The notes beneath the pieces were generated by a model. The model saw only the letters and a list, made by a program, of their open reading frames with translations, was not told the origin of the DNA and did no database searches. DNA of 64,000 nt from Tubulanus polymorphus. Taxonomy: Eukaryota > Animalia > Nemertea. Shown in pieces: positions 51,301 to 63,529 of this stretch (within the stretch, counting starts at the first letter, position 1; the number at the start of each line of letters is the position of its first letter). A program made the position numbers and the translations under genes. Location: contig NC_134028.1 of the NCBI RefSeq assembly GCF_964204645.1, positions 24,238,345 through 24,302,344 of the forward strand, given 5' to 3'.

Positions 51301-52386
51301 CTACTATCACCGCATATGGATGGCGATTTGATGCAGATGATACCAGGAATCAAAAGCCTTCGAGAACGGTTAGGAATCGCACATCAAACAGCTAATGCGC
51401 TGAGCTATTTGCACAGCAGAGATATGAGCCACAGAGACATCAAATCATCGAACATCTTAGTAAGTATATCGAATTCAGTAGATACCTTTTGTCAGTAACC
51501 GAACAATATGGTTTAGTTAGGCTAAAAAAAATTGATACCTTGTTTCTCCACTCTGCTGAGCTTAAATGTTGACCCGGCCAGCCGCCTATCTACCCTATAC
51601 ATTACTTTTTTAAAAATTGTGATCAATTTTACCATAACAGACCCGGCCGCTATAGAAATGAACTGTTTACAAATTTTATCATATTTTACAAAAATGACCC
51701 GGCCGCTGCGGAGAAACAAGGTATCATTTTTGTTTAGCCTTATACGATATTTTCACGAATCATCGACTTATCTTTCACTCATCTCAGACCTATTCTGCTC
51801 ATCATGGTTTGTCCGAGTTAGACGGAGTTTACTACCGCACTTATGCAGATACGATATTGATTAGATTATAACCATTTTAAAAATTTCCACCACTCTAATA
51901 CTAATAGCTAAAGTCCACTCTCTGTCTCCACTGTATTCCGGAAGTCTGAATAAATACTACAAAATATTTCAGATTGCTAAACGGAGTAAGGGCTACAAGG
52001 CAATTATAACGGATTTCGGTTTGATGAAACCGGTCGGTTTACAGCAACATTCATTTGTTGGAACGCCGATTCACATAGCTCCCGAAATCATACAAGGAGA
52101 ACATTACGATACGTCGGTCGACATCTTCTCGTTCGGGATATTGTTGTGGTATATCTGCGAAGGTAACGGTAACAGACATCCCGAGTATGCCGATTATTGC
52201 CAAGGCGTCGGACCGATATTGATCGTGTCCGCCCTAGGTAAACGACCCGAAAGGAAAGATTATTTCACCGAAGATTGCTGGAGATTAATGACGAAATGCT
52301 GGGATCACAATCCGGTTGCTCGACCGAAAGCTGATGATGTCGTCACTGAGCTGAAAATGATTCGTGCCAAGCCATTACCATCTTAA
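48330..52386 (+). CDS. DSTYK-like dynamin-GTPase/kinase, copy 2, 936 aa
   Basis: Exons 48330-48600, 48701-49125, 49582-50926, 51024-51150, 51231-51459, 51973-52386. Frame intact; 13 amino-acid differences from copy 1. Confidence 0.88.
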
Positions 52387-53670
52387 TTATATTAAGACTA
52401 ATGTGTTATTAGGACTAATGAGTATTATATATGATTCCAGATAATATGAGGGAATGATTTCAAATGGGGCCAGCCATTTATTAACTTTTTCCTACAATGA
52501 AACTTGTTATAACGTCTTCGGATTTTACTATTTATAGGTAAGCACAAACCTAGCGTTTTGACCTGAATACAACAAATTTAGTAATTTCATACTGGATATA
52601 AAATGAACATATTTTCTGGGCCTCTGAAGTTCATTGTGATGAAGTTTCACTGTAGTGCCAAGGATGTGTATTGCATTCTTTATGTTAGAAAATAACTGCT
52701 GCTGAATTTACTATCAAAGTGCTGAAAATATTGAAGGACTGAATATGCTCATATTGTTTTACTAAAATATCCTAAGTCAAAGAAATAGTGTTGAATACAT
52801 TCAGTGTCATTGATATTTATTGTTTGATAATGAAAAATACACAAGAAGTTAATATTTCTACAGTTTTTAGCAAGTTTAATTAGTACAGCATACTCCGCTC
52901 GAATCGGACCTGATCAACTCAGATAACCACACAACTTAGGATGTTTGTTGAAATATTATCTTAAAAACTATTTACGAAATACATAACATCCAAGTCGGAT
53001 GGAGCTCAAGTCGGATACATTTTTACCAGAAGGTCCTACTTGCGCGGAGTCTACTGTAGAAATCATGTACATTTTATTTTTGGTTACCGTACATCGATAA
53101 TGAAAAATAAATTATTTTCATAAATCAGTTCTCCACGAGTGACACAATTAATGATGGGTTTTGTGCCATTGAGAGGATGAACAGATCTTTTAATGGTGAA
53201 AAACGCTCATGAAATTCATATGCGAATTATGGTTCACCGCAGTAATGTACATGATTTATTTCTGAAACAACGTAAAATACAACACAAAAGAAATTACTCG
53301 ACGATAACAATTTATAGTAAAACGGACACATCTTCAACCTACGAGATGAAACACTGAAAATTAAATGCAATCTGGTCGTCCATTCTCGAATTCAAAGACT
53401 ATTTTAGGCCTCGTTTGATGAAATATGATATATATTTTTCATCACGATGGTGACTTTAAGAAGGCGTTATTCGAAAATGTTTTGCGCGAAATATAGTTGA
53501 GACAGGCACATCATCCATTTGTTACAATTCGGTAAAATTTTCTGTTCATCTCCTTCCCTACCACACAGACATTTACAATCATTAGAACTTTCATGCCTAC
53601 TTTTAAAGGAAGGAACCTTAAAAAACCCGAATCTCATGAACTTTGAACTGTCCCTCACGAGCTGAAAAAT

Positions 53671-55904
53671 TTATTGTAAATTTTTGCTATCCTTCGTTGA
53701 ATTTGTGGATTTTTGTTTTTCGTCGCTGTCTTTTTGTAACGAATAGAACATTTCGAGCGGTTTATTGACGCGCCAGTATTTCTCGTTGACCTGTTCGAGT
53801 TGTTTGTTTCCATTCAACGGCACGAAGGTTCCAGGGGATGTGGCTATAGCTATCGTATACTTCTGATCATCTGCTCGCGCGGTTCCTATAAGATACAATA
53901 CGAATAATGACTGATTGAAGAACTGCCGGTAGATACCAATCTGGCTTGAGAAAATATTTGAATACCTGGTTCTCCTGATCTTTGGGCTTCTAAGGAAAGG
54001 CGCATTGCTAGATATTTTGCCAGATGATCCACTGGAATAGAAAACAATTTTTTTTTCAACACTTGCATCGTAGAATTCAGCATATTATCTTGGTTCTTGA
54101 CTGGGTCCCTACAGATCAGTCATCCCTGGATATAAGGAGTTTCAAGGAGAAAATTTCAAAGAAGTGTCTGCATCACATTCACATAATAATTACTGTACAC
54201 TCCTATCTCGGTGGTTTTGTAGGCAAATTTTTATCCTTTACACTACTACTACTTAAACTCTGTTTCTAATTTGTTAACCACCTAACTGGGTAAAAACAAA
54301 TCCTGGTCCCCTGTACCGATTTAGGCATAGTTTACTGTACAACTACAAACTCATCCTCCCTCGGCACTGGATTCGAACCTGATGGCATCGCTACACTCAG
54401 CCACAGCACGAACCCTGCCACAGTAGACCGGGTGCGCAGGTACATGCGCAGCTTTACCCCATAAAAACTTGCGGCACCAATCAGATCGCTCGTTGTATAA
54501 TCGCTGAGGTAAATTTTGCGGAAGAACTATAAATGGGAAAACGGGGTTTAAATGAAACTGAATATCTGATTGGCTAATAATGACATCTTTTAAGCTGCGC
54601 ACTCGGTCAAGTGTGGCAGGGTTTTGTACTTTGGCGAGTCTCGATGCCATCAGGTTCGAATCCCTGCCGGGGGAGGATGCTACAAACTAGACAAAAATTC
54701 AAAATTGCCTATTTCTCAACATTGAAAGAGTTTCAGGCATTTTGCTCAAATTAGAGGAGTTTTAAGCAACTTTAAGAACATTTTCTTCTTAGGAGGAATT
54801 TTTTAAGGAATCAAGGAGTTGTAGAGACCCTGTTGCACCACCCCTCACCAGCAAATAAAATTCCCCGACTTCTCTGTTATTCAAGAAGTGTCAGAATTTC
54901 CTGATCCTGCCGAGAAAACTAATCTGGATTTCCCCAATTTTCTCAGATCTGTAAGAACCCTGGAACCTGCTCAGCTCGGTCACTCACTCACCTGTAGCAT
55001 TAGCGGTTGTTTTAATGTATCTAGTCTGCGATGGATCGTTCAAATCGGCCGGTTCTTCGCCCGGGTTCGGCTGCGGTCGAAATACCAACTCGATCTCGCT
55101 CAACCCGGTCAGAGCCGACGACGGTTCGGCGACCGTATCTTGAGACGATATTTCGGAACTCGCTTCTTCGTGATCGCCGTGAACGGACGAATTCGTCTCG
55201 GCGCCCGATTCGCTGTTCGTACGCGGTCGTTTCGACGGTAAACTCGGACTGCACGAGCCGCTAGGGGGCAGCGTAGGCGTCGCGCGATCCGAATGACAGG
55301 CGTCCGACTGCGATCCGGTGATCGTGTTATCCATGCTGTTCTCGTTACAGTTATCGAGCGAACCGGTCGTGCTGTTATTATCGTTCGATTCGGGCGCCGT
55401 TCCCGCCGGGAGAAGCGACGGATGTTTGCGTACTCTCTGCGCTCGATTCATCGCCTGTAAACGTAATCCCTCCTCGATACTCGACGTTAACGCCGACGTG
55501 CTGTGATGTTTATTCAGTTTGGCGAGAACGCGTTCCTGATGCGCTTCGTATTCGTCGCGACTCGGGTAGATCTTCGATATCAACGCGTCGAAGTTCGGAT
55601 CGGGACGCAACGATCGCTTAGACACGAGTTTCTTACGACACGTCGGACACTCTTTGTTGCCGCTGCGCAAAGCGGTGATGATACAATCTTGACAGAATCG
55701 GTGCAAACATTCTTTAGTTGTCATCGTAGTTTTTAACATATCAAGACAAATCGGGCACATCAACTCACTGTGTAAACTACGAGGCGATACTGCTATTTCA
55801 GTGCTATCTGTTATAGCTTCTTGAGGCGTCCTGTGAAGCTCGTAAAGGCTTAATTCCCAAGTTTTATTGGGAGGTGGAATTTCGCTCGACATTTTGGTGA
55901 TCAT
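53671..55904 (-). CDS. RNF2: Polycomb PRC1 E3 ligase RING1/RNF2 (Sce orthologue), 3 exons
   Basis: [20 protein letters not shown]...[13 protein letters not shown]...[28 protein letters not shown], and RAWUL domain EIELVFRP...[22 protein letters not shown]...[14 protein letters not shown]. Exons 55904-54992, 54031-53966, 53885-53671. The start may instead be MSSE at 55892. Confidence 0.96.
54101..54832. mobile_element. MITE family A copy in RING1 intron 1, interrupted by a nested MITE
   Basis: Ends CTGGGTCCCTACA ... TGTAGAGACCCTG; colinear with 10090-10448. Confidence 0.75.
54352..54679. mobile_element. 328-bp MITE with about 38-bp TIRs and 9-bp TSD CTACAAACT
   Basis: CATCCTCCC...GGATTCGAACCTGATGGCATCG / CGATGCCATCAGGTTCGAATCC...GGGAGGATG. 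TSD at 54343-54351 and 54680-54688. Confidence 0.9.
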
Positions 55905-56240
55905 CCAGCTTCCGGTGGCATCTTAAGGAACGCCATCTATGGGCGATCATTAAAATCTTTTCTTTCTCCGATTTGTAAAAAATGTTGTCGGTTCGAAAAT
56001 CTATTAATTCATATGTTCACTTCTCATTTTACCTAAAAGAAACTGCACACTCGCAACCTATGTAAAAATCTGTCAAGCGCTACAGCCTACATTGGAGCCA
56101 CCCCAACCTACTCATACAAATTGTTACAGCCGTTATAAACAAATTAATGAATAAATGTCAATTTATTTACACTTCCGGGTTTTCAGAAATAAGGTAAATA
56201 GATATCGAAAATAAATAAATCGGATACAAACAGCTTCCTC

Positions 56241-58228
56241 ATGGACAAAGATGCCGATGTTCTCGGTAAATACAGACACATTTCCGACAAACTGAAAAAG
56301 TAAGATTTTGTTTTCGCTCGTGATAATTTTGTTGTGTATTTGATTTGTTGGTGCAGTGCATTATTATTACTTTTAAACATTATTTATTCATTTTCAGGAG
56401 ATTTTTGAAAAAACCGAATGTTTCTGAAGGGAGTGAACAATTTGGTAAGTATTGTATATCTTTAATTTTCTGTTGTTTTATTATTTGTAGCTCTTAGTAA
56501 AAAAAAGAAAAATCATTAATTATAATTAATTAATTAATTGCATGATTAATTATTGTGACCTATTTTTTAAATATATTGTGAAACCCTAAATTTTCAGCTT
56601 CTTTGGCCAAAATATTGAAGCAACAAGAGAGTCCTCAGTATGCTGGATTTTGTTGTCTAGCACAGGCTCGGTAAGACTGTATTTCTCACTGAATAGAACT
56701 CAAAAGGAAAATGGCTGGTTTCTTGTACAGTATATATTTCCTGCTATTGTATTTCTAGTTGTGAACACAGTTTATCTAACCCAGCTGGTGAAGCGCAGGC
56801 GCTTGTGAATGCAGCCAGGAATTTCCTAGAAGCAGATATCGCTTTGCGCGACTTGAAATGTCCGAACTTCGACGAACACATAAGCGCAGCAGTGAACTGT
56901 TATAGTCACGCAATTCGGGTAAATAATATATTCTGAATAATTGACTTTCTTTTCGGAAATTGATCTGTTAATTTCGATCGATTTGTGCGTTGATTGTAAA
57001 TTATCCTTTCTAGGTTCATCTTGAAAACAAGCAGACTGCCCTAGCAGCAGCGCTTTCAATTGAATTAGGAAATGCATTGCGAGTAAGTCAAATGGTGACT
57101 GCACTGCACATTGGTCCTGAAAATAGTGGTTGAATCAGTTTTGAATGATATCCTATGTTTATTTCAGGATATCGGTAAAACTAGTGAAGCCATAGTTCAC
57201 TATCAGAAGGCAGCTGATCTGCAAATAATTGTAAGTACCGCATAATCATTTCTATTTTAGCAAATTTTCTAATAAACCTTTTCTCCAACCAATTCTTCTT
57301 TGTAGAGTCCGTTGGATTGTTTAGATTCAATGCAATATGCTGCGTCAGGAAAAATAGAGACAAGTAAGTGATCGATTTCTGAGACTGTTTATCCAATTTT
57401 GATTGTGGCGTACAATGATTTTGAAATGCGAATGTTTTACATAAATAACAGAGGATTATGATGGTGCTCTCAATACTCTGACCGAGATGGTCCAAATAAT
57501 CCACGATAAAGGAGGTGAGTAGAATAAATTCATGTTATGTGATGTTTACGTGTATCTTACTCGGAAGAAAATACCTCTCTGCGACAGTGATTTTATTTTG
57601 TCTCGCTTAAAGTGAAATTCATTATTATTCATAGGAGTTACCGATGGTGGAAAACCAATGGGTGCGTTTTGTGACTTTTTGGCTAGGGCTGAAATCACCA
57701 GAGTGCTTCTTTTAATGCTATTACAGGTATGCGAGTACATTTTACATCTTTTTCTTTGAAACGCGTAATATCAGTTGCTGTTCAATATGGTGTTTATTAC
57801 AGCCTACGCCACAGAGAATTCGACCCGAACACGCGCAAACACTAGAGAAATACGCTTGGGAATCGACAGAAAATAATACCCCAGGTTCGTTCATCCGCTA
57901 AGCTGCTTTTCCTTTAGATGTTTTGCAAGTTTTTAAATTGATTTTGTGTCTTTAATTTTCAGTAAATTATATGAGTGAAGATCTGTTTCTACTTCTACAA
58001 TCAGTTGTGGTAAGTATTTAGCTTTTCGGAAATCACCCAAAATTATTTCCATTCAAACACCCGTCCTTTCTTATCTTTAATATTCTGTAGATGGCTTGTC
58101 AAGTGAAAGATTTCGAATCATTGAAGGCGCTTCAAGTTGAACTGTGGCCTATGTTGCAGACAGAACAAAATCAACTGCTACATCTTGTGATACAGGAGCT
58201 TGAGCACCCATCAGGAGAGGGTCTCTGA
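56241..58228 (+). CDS. F8A1: Huntingtin-associated protein 40 (HAP40/F8A), about 12 short exons
   Basis: Spliced N-terminus [20 protein letters not shown]|[15 protein letters not shown]|[25 protein letters not shown]|CEHSL matches the HAP40 N-terminal basic motif. Last exon ...[23 protein letters not shown]. Absent from the ORF track because the exons are short. Confidence 0.9.
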
Positions 58229-58609
58229 AGCACTGTGCCGAGTGGGTTAAAAGACAGTACAAGGGTTGTGAATATAATGAATGGAATATCTAGTCAACAA
58301 CAAGAATGGAATATTATGATTATTTCGATTAAAATCTTTATTTCTGACATATTATTTCATGTAAAATTCGACTACACTTTTGATCGTTTGTTAGAAAATA
58401 AAATCTACATTAAGTGTCATACAAATATATTCGTTTATTTAGTTAATGATTAAAAACGGTGGGCTTCCATTTTTTAATTCTACTTTTAAACAAGATTTGA
58501 AATAAAACGACAGAATCGACTTGAAAACTGCCATCCCCAGACACATGATTAGGTTTAGGTTTCTGAAAGTGGAGAACAAAGCTGACAAGTACTTACAAAA
58601 TGGTACATT

Positions 58610-58838
58610 CATCCTCGCTTGCCAGGGTTTGATTGCCTCACACCAACATTAAACCCTGGCTGCAGACCCTTCATTGGTCTATTACACTCCCAAGATTTCT
58701 TGGGCAGGCAGGCTGCTACTCGGCAGCCACCAGTCTATATTTCTAGCCAATGGGATGCGTTCGATTGTATCTGATTGGCTTAATAGAGAGAATGGTTGCT
58801 GCTGAGCTGCAATGAACGAACTGCGGCAAGCGAGGATG
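58610..58838. mobile_element. MITE with 14-bp TIR CATCCTCGCTTGCC and 4-bp flanking repeat CATT, in the MBOAT7 3' region
   Basis: Exact inverted ends. The same end motif recurs singly near 3357, 3378, 10767 and 35968. Confidence 0.75.
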
Positions 58839-58856
58839 CATTAAAGCAATGGTGCA

Positions 58857-61800
58857 TTAAGTTTCCTTCGGTTTTCGTTCTTTCACGAAAAAGAATTTGA
58901 TCGCGAAAACAAAAATTCCGCACACGACCATGTAAATATGCATAAAAAATCGTAAACTGCTCCAGTAATTAAGCGTATCCTCGAGCGTTAACAGAAGAAA
59001 TCCAACTGACAAATATTCGAATACTCGCATGCGAAATATACAAGATATGAAATCAAATATTTTCTGTCCTCTTTCCGAAGCCGGTTCGCGGAATACTTTG
59101 ATCAACGCGCTTTCGACCATTAAGTACGGCGGCACCGACAGGAAAGACAGATAGTATCCGGGATGTACGCCGTGCCAAAACGCGCTAACCGCCATCGTTA
59201 ATGTCACCCTAAAAACAAACAAAAATATGTAACAAATTGCATTCGATTCGATATGGAAATAACTACATTAGGACCAGACCGGTAGACTGATACATTCTCA
59301 GTTTAGTCACTCGGTTGATGAGCAATATTCACTGTGGATGACATACAGATTTGTTTTTGTAAGATTTTTAACTAAACATCGTCACAAAAACGATAAGAAC
59401 CAATTTCATCTGGTTTATATGAGAAATCCGTATATCAAACATGTTTTACATACCATGGGCCAGTTGCACAAAAGTTTATGGCTAGAGTTAACTGGTTGCC
59501 AAATACCATTGTAACAATGCAAATTCAATTGTCACTATGGCAACTGTCCTGGTTAGCTCTAAGTAACTTAAGAGCAACTACTGACCCCAGGTGGACTGTA
59601 AATAACATCCTGGATCCAGTTCCACAGTTCTGAGTTAAATTTGACCCTTTGAGTTAAAACATCGAAAAAGAGGTAATTTTAACTCAGAGTTAACATTAAT
59701 TCACAACTGTGGATCCAGGCCGTGGCAGCTTCAAAATCTGGATTAAACTGATCTGAATTAAGTGGGTTTGACTGAATGAATTGCGTTTTTGTACCTTAGT
59801 GACTTAATGGGAATTCTTTTGTAAACATAATTAGCCAGCCACCACTGCACGCTCATATTCCACGCTTTCATCGCCCCGCGAAGCGTCGGTCTGAATTCGC
59901 AGCTGTACGGATCGATGTTACGAATCGTCTCAAAATCATAAACAATCTGATTCGACGGTAATTTCTCACTGCAAGATAAGTTTGAAATACAATGTTTCAA
60001 CACTGCCGTGATTGAAGATTCCACTTATTGAAGTTGCACTTATTCCGGGTTCAATTTCTCCTGCCTTCCAGTTAATGAACTTTTTAAAAATCAATTATAA
60101 ATCAAAACTTTAGCAAACCACCGCATAGAAAATGAATTCATATGTATGTTTGACCACAGCTACTATTCACCCCCACACTTCAAATATGAGCCCCTGTGTA
60201 TTTGACAGGTCCTGTGATGGTTTAGGGAGCCTAAAAATTCAGTTTAAAGTTGATTGTTGATGAAGTAGTTTTCACAATGTAAGACTGAGTGCTCTTCACA
60301 CCATCTGGGACAATAGCTGGTGTTGCAGTTTCCCATTCCTTCGCCAATTCATTAGAAAACAAAATTTTACCTATCTTTCAAGACTTGTAGATTGGTCGGG
60401 CCACCGCCATTTTTCGGCTTACTCAAGGTCGGATAACAGCCGATCCCGGCCACGATACAGATACACTCCGATAATTGCCATGCCGTGTAGATACGCATGC
60501 GTAGTTGAAAGAACAACAGGACTGTATACCATAAATGATACCACGCTGAATGTTTGGTGTAGAATTCATCGGTAAATGCATACTGAAACCAGATACACGT
60601 ACAAGTTAAAATATTTATGAAATGCACATTTAATACCTTCTAATTTATTATGATTTATCCAGTCAGTTGTTAATGATATACGATTTGAGAGGAATAATAT
60701 TCAGTAAATTGATGTTAAAATATTGTATTAGATTCTTTTCATATCAATATCCTATTCCCAGTTTGCTCTAAAATTCAATCATATTATTCATCTTTATCCT
60801 GCCATTTCATTTTTCTAATAATCAAGATTCATTTCTTGTTTAGTTCTCCTGTGGGGTGTATGGTTCCCTCATTGGGTCCACAACCGATAATAGCAAATAT
60901 ACTCACATCTGTAGGGAAATAATGTGACACCAAAACAAATGCCATCGCATAAAATGGTAGCGTTTTCAATCTCTCCATTAAAAACATCAGCATCGGAATT
61001 TTCTTAGATGATTTAAGCCACATAGCATCCTGATAAGTGCGATATTTATAATAAGGACCTGCGAGATAAGTTTTAAATACGTGAATCATCGAACAAGTGA
61101 ACTAGATCTCACTATTTCGTGATGTAAGATTTTACCCGTAAATATTCCGACGTAACAATAGCAATACATGATTGTATCCCAAACACTGGGAGATATAGAT
61201 TCATACTCCAACCTTAACTGAGCTTGAACGTCATCCGGTTTATCATGGAACTCTTTACGAATCTTAAAGCTGTCGTGTATTTCAAAAGCCAATCCAACAA
61301 GCTGCAATAGAAGAAGATTTTGGCCTACCTAATATGGGTAGTGAGGACAAGGAAATATTCTATAATGTAGCTTACATTAGCCTGGTGTTTAGGGTTTGAA
61401 TTTGGCAGTATCAAGGTCCCAAGGGTATAATAGATTTACGGAAAATTGATACGGAAAATTGAAATAAAAAATTTCAGATTTTACCATTTAAATAATTAAT
61501 AATTCTTTCCTGCAATTTTTTAATTAGAGACCTAAATCAAAGGCAAACTGGCCAGATTGTAAAATTAGTCACGGCGGAGGATCTCGTATCCTTGGTGTTC
61601 GTTGTAACGTACTTTAAGGGTCATGAGAAGCTGAACAGCGTTGCAGTGAGAAGGAACCTTCGGAAGTCCCAAATAATGAGTCGTTCGAAAAAACACGAGG
61701 TACCCAAAACACCAGATGAAACTCGCTATATGACATTTCCTGAAAAGAAAAATAAAGATACACGTGCAGTTTTTTTAATTTGAATTAAGTTTAAGGTTCA

Positions 61801-62144
61801 TGTCTGTCTAATAATTGCTTAAATCTTAACGCTGAAATTATACTGTTGTTATCACAAATGTAACTAGGCCTAGAATCATCATGACAAATAGAAAGAAAAT
61901 ATTCTAATGGCATTATTACAAATAATAGTCACCTAGTTGAAATGAATTTTATGATTAGAATGTTTCCAGCTATGGTAATAACTGAATGTAGAGTGTGCCA
62001 GCCACAAATATACAGGACGAAACATAACCCCAGACAACCAGCTACAGCTTGCTTTAATCGGGGATGCTTTAATCTTTTCAGTAACAACCCGAAAAGAATA
62101 GAAATAGCTAACAAAATCGCGTAAATCAGATCATCCGATGTCAT
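58857..62144 (-). CDS. MBOAT7: Lysophosphatidylinositol acyltransferase MBOAT7/LPIAT1, about 7 exons
   Basis: CGWHTLHS, YCYVGIFTGPYYKYRTY, RMRIYTAW, DFETIRNIDPY, WNMSVQWWLANYVYK, SAFWHGVHPGYYLSF (catalytic His). C-terminal KPKET fits a KxKxx ER-retrieval signal. Confidence 0.93.
59610..59720. mobile_element. Short hairpin MITE; diverged relatives near 20063-20162, 59457-59590 and 6095-6300
   Basis: CCTGGATCCAGTTCCACAGTT ... AACTGTGGATCCAGG. AACTCAGAGTT is shared with the 20.1-kb copy. Confidence 0.55.
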
Positions 62145-62216
62145 TTTGAGATCAACAACAACAACGACTATTTCGCCATCTATCGAAATTCGCCGGAACT
62201 AGAGAAATGTCGCAAA

Positions 62217-63409
62217 ATGGAAGTCGCTATTAACGACAAATCTAAACGACCAGAAGTCGGCAATGGTTTGTCTTTTATCTTGAAATGCAGACGAATTTTA
62301 TATTAAAAATGTTAATCGTGAATCATCCGAGCAATTAGATGGTCATTAATTAATTAGTTTAAACTCGTTGATCCCTTTACGCGTTTTCTACTTAGATTAA
62401 CGAATCTCACTCTCTAGAGAAACCATTTACAGCAACAATAGCCATGAGATGAGTGATCTGACCCTGCTCTCCGCTCCACTCAGAATCCAATGATTTTCCT
62501 GCACCCAAAGAATCAAAATTCCACCCCATGATATGCTTCGCGATGATGGGACCAATTCAACCCAAAGAATTTAGACCCTCAGGCCCCAATAAGATGACTT
62601 CCTTCACAATCCATCTCCTCTGCAATCTATTACCTAAAAAAAAGAATAAATGAGTGAATTTACTGCATCAACCCTGCTCCTCTCCAACCAAGACTCTTCT
62701 TCAACAAAATCCAATGATTGTCCTGCACCTGGCCCTAAGTGGGGCCTATCAAAATTCCGCCCCATGAAATGCTTCGATAATGGGCCCCTAGGCCCAAATA
62801 AGATGACTTCCTTCACAATCCGGCCCGCATGCTAAAATGGTCCAAATATCTTTTTTAGAATTTGATGAAGAAGAACTCGAAGATGACAGTTTCAGATGCG
62901 GCCGATGTAAAGTCGAACATAAACATGTCGAAGAATTTCTGGAGCACAAGAAATTCTGCGCGGCAAGCAGACCCGCACTTCAGAGTCAAAGGCCTGAAAC
63001 GGAAGACAAATCATCTCGCAGTTCGGCGAACGACTACTCGAGAAACCGCAAATCATCGAATTCACAAACTGATCGCTTGAGGGCGCCGAAGCCTACAGAG
63101 GATCACTCCGTACACCTGACTATAGAGGTCGCTGATCTTCCGAGAAATGTGTCACCGTCGACTTTAAGTTACACGCTCAAAGACTCCGGTCATCGAGTCA
63201 AAGTGATCAAGAAAGAATCGACTCAGTTTTCGGAATCGGAGATTCACGACGCGGAAGATACAGTAACGCGAGCCGCGTTAGAGACCCTCAGATTCGAGCA
63301 ATCATTACGCGATGAAAACAATGCCGATTATTCAGAATCGGATGTTATAAATTTAACGGCTGATGAACGACCTTATAAATGCGAAGTGTGCTTCAAGGGT
63401 TTCAAAGAG
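62217..63409 (+). CDS. C2H2 zinc-finger transcription factor (E4F1-like N-terminus), first two exons; continues past the window
   Basis: Exons 62217-62265 and 62859-63409 (phase 1). EDDSFRCGRCK...EEFLEHKKFC resembles the isolated N-terminal finger of E4F1/ZFP64/ZNF341; RPYKCEVCFKGFKE starts the first classical finger. Confidence 0.75.
62450..62821. repeat. Diverged direct repeat pair of about 200 bp in zinc-finger intron 1
   Basis: ACCCTGCTC...AATCCAATGATT.TCCTGCACC...AATAAGATGACTTCCTTCACAATCC occurs twice. Confidence 0.8.
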
Positions 63410-63529
63410 GTATTGGACAATAAAGCCTACTGTCTGAATATTCCCAGTCCTGAATGTAGCTGGTTTGTAGCAGATTAGCTTACTACGACTCGTGGTATGG
63501 GAACCACTAATATTTTAAGGTTCTTGGTG

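Noticed and set aside
40104-55736. Opposite-strand ORFs overlapping the kinase and RING1 exons
   Set aside because: Shadow frames of real coding exons with no independent features.
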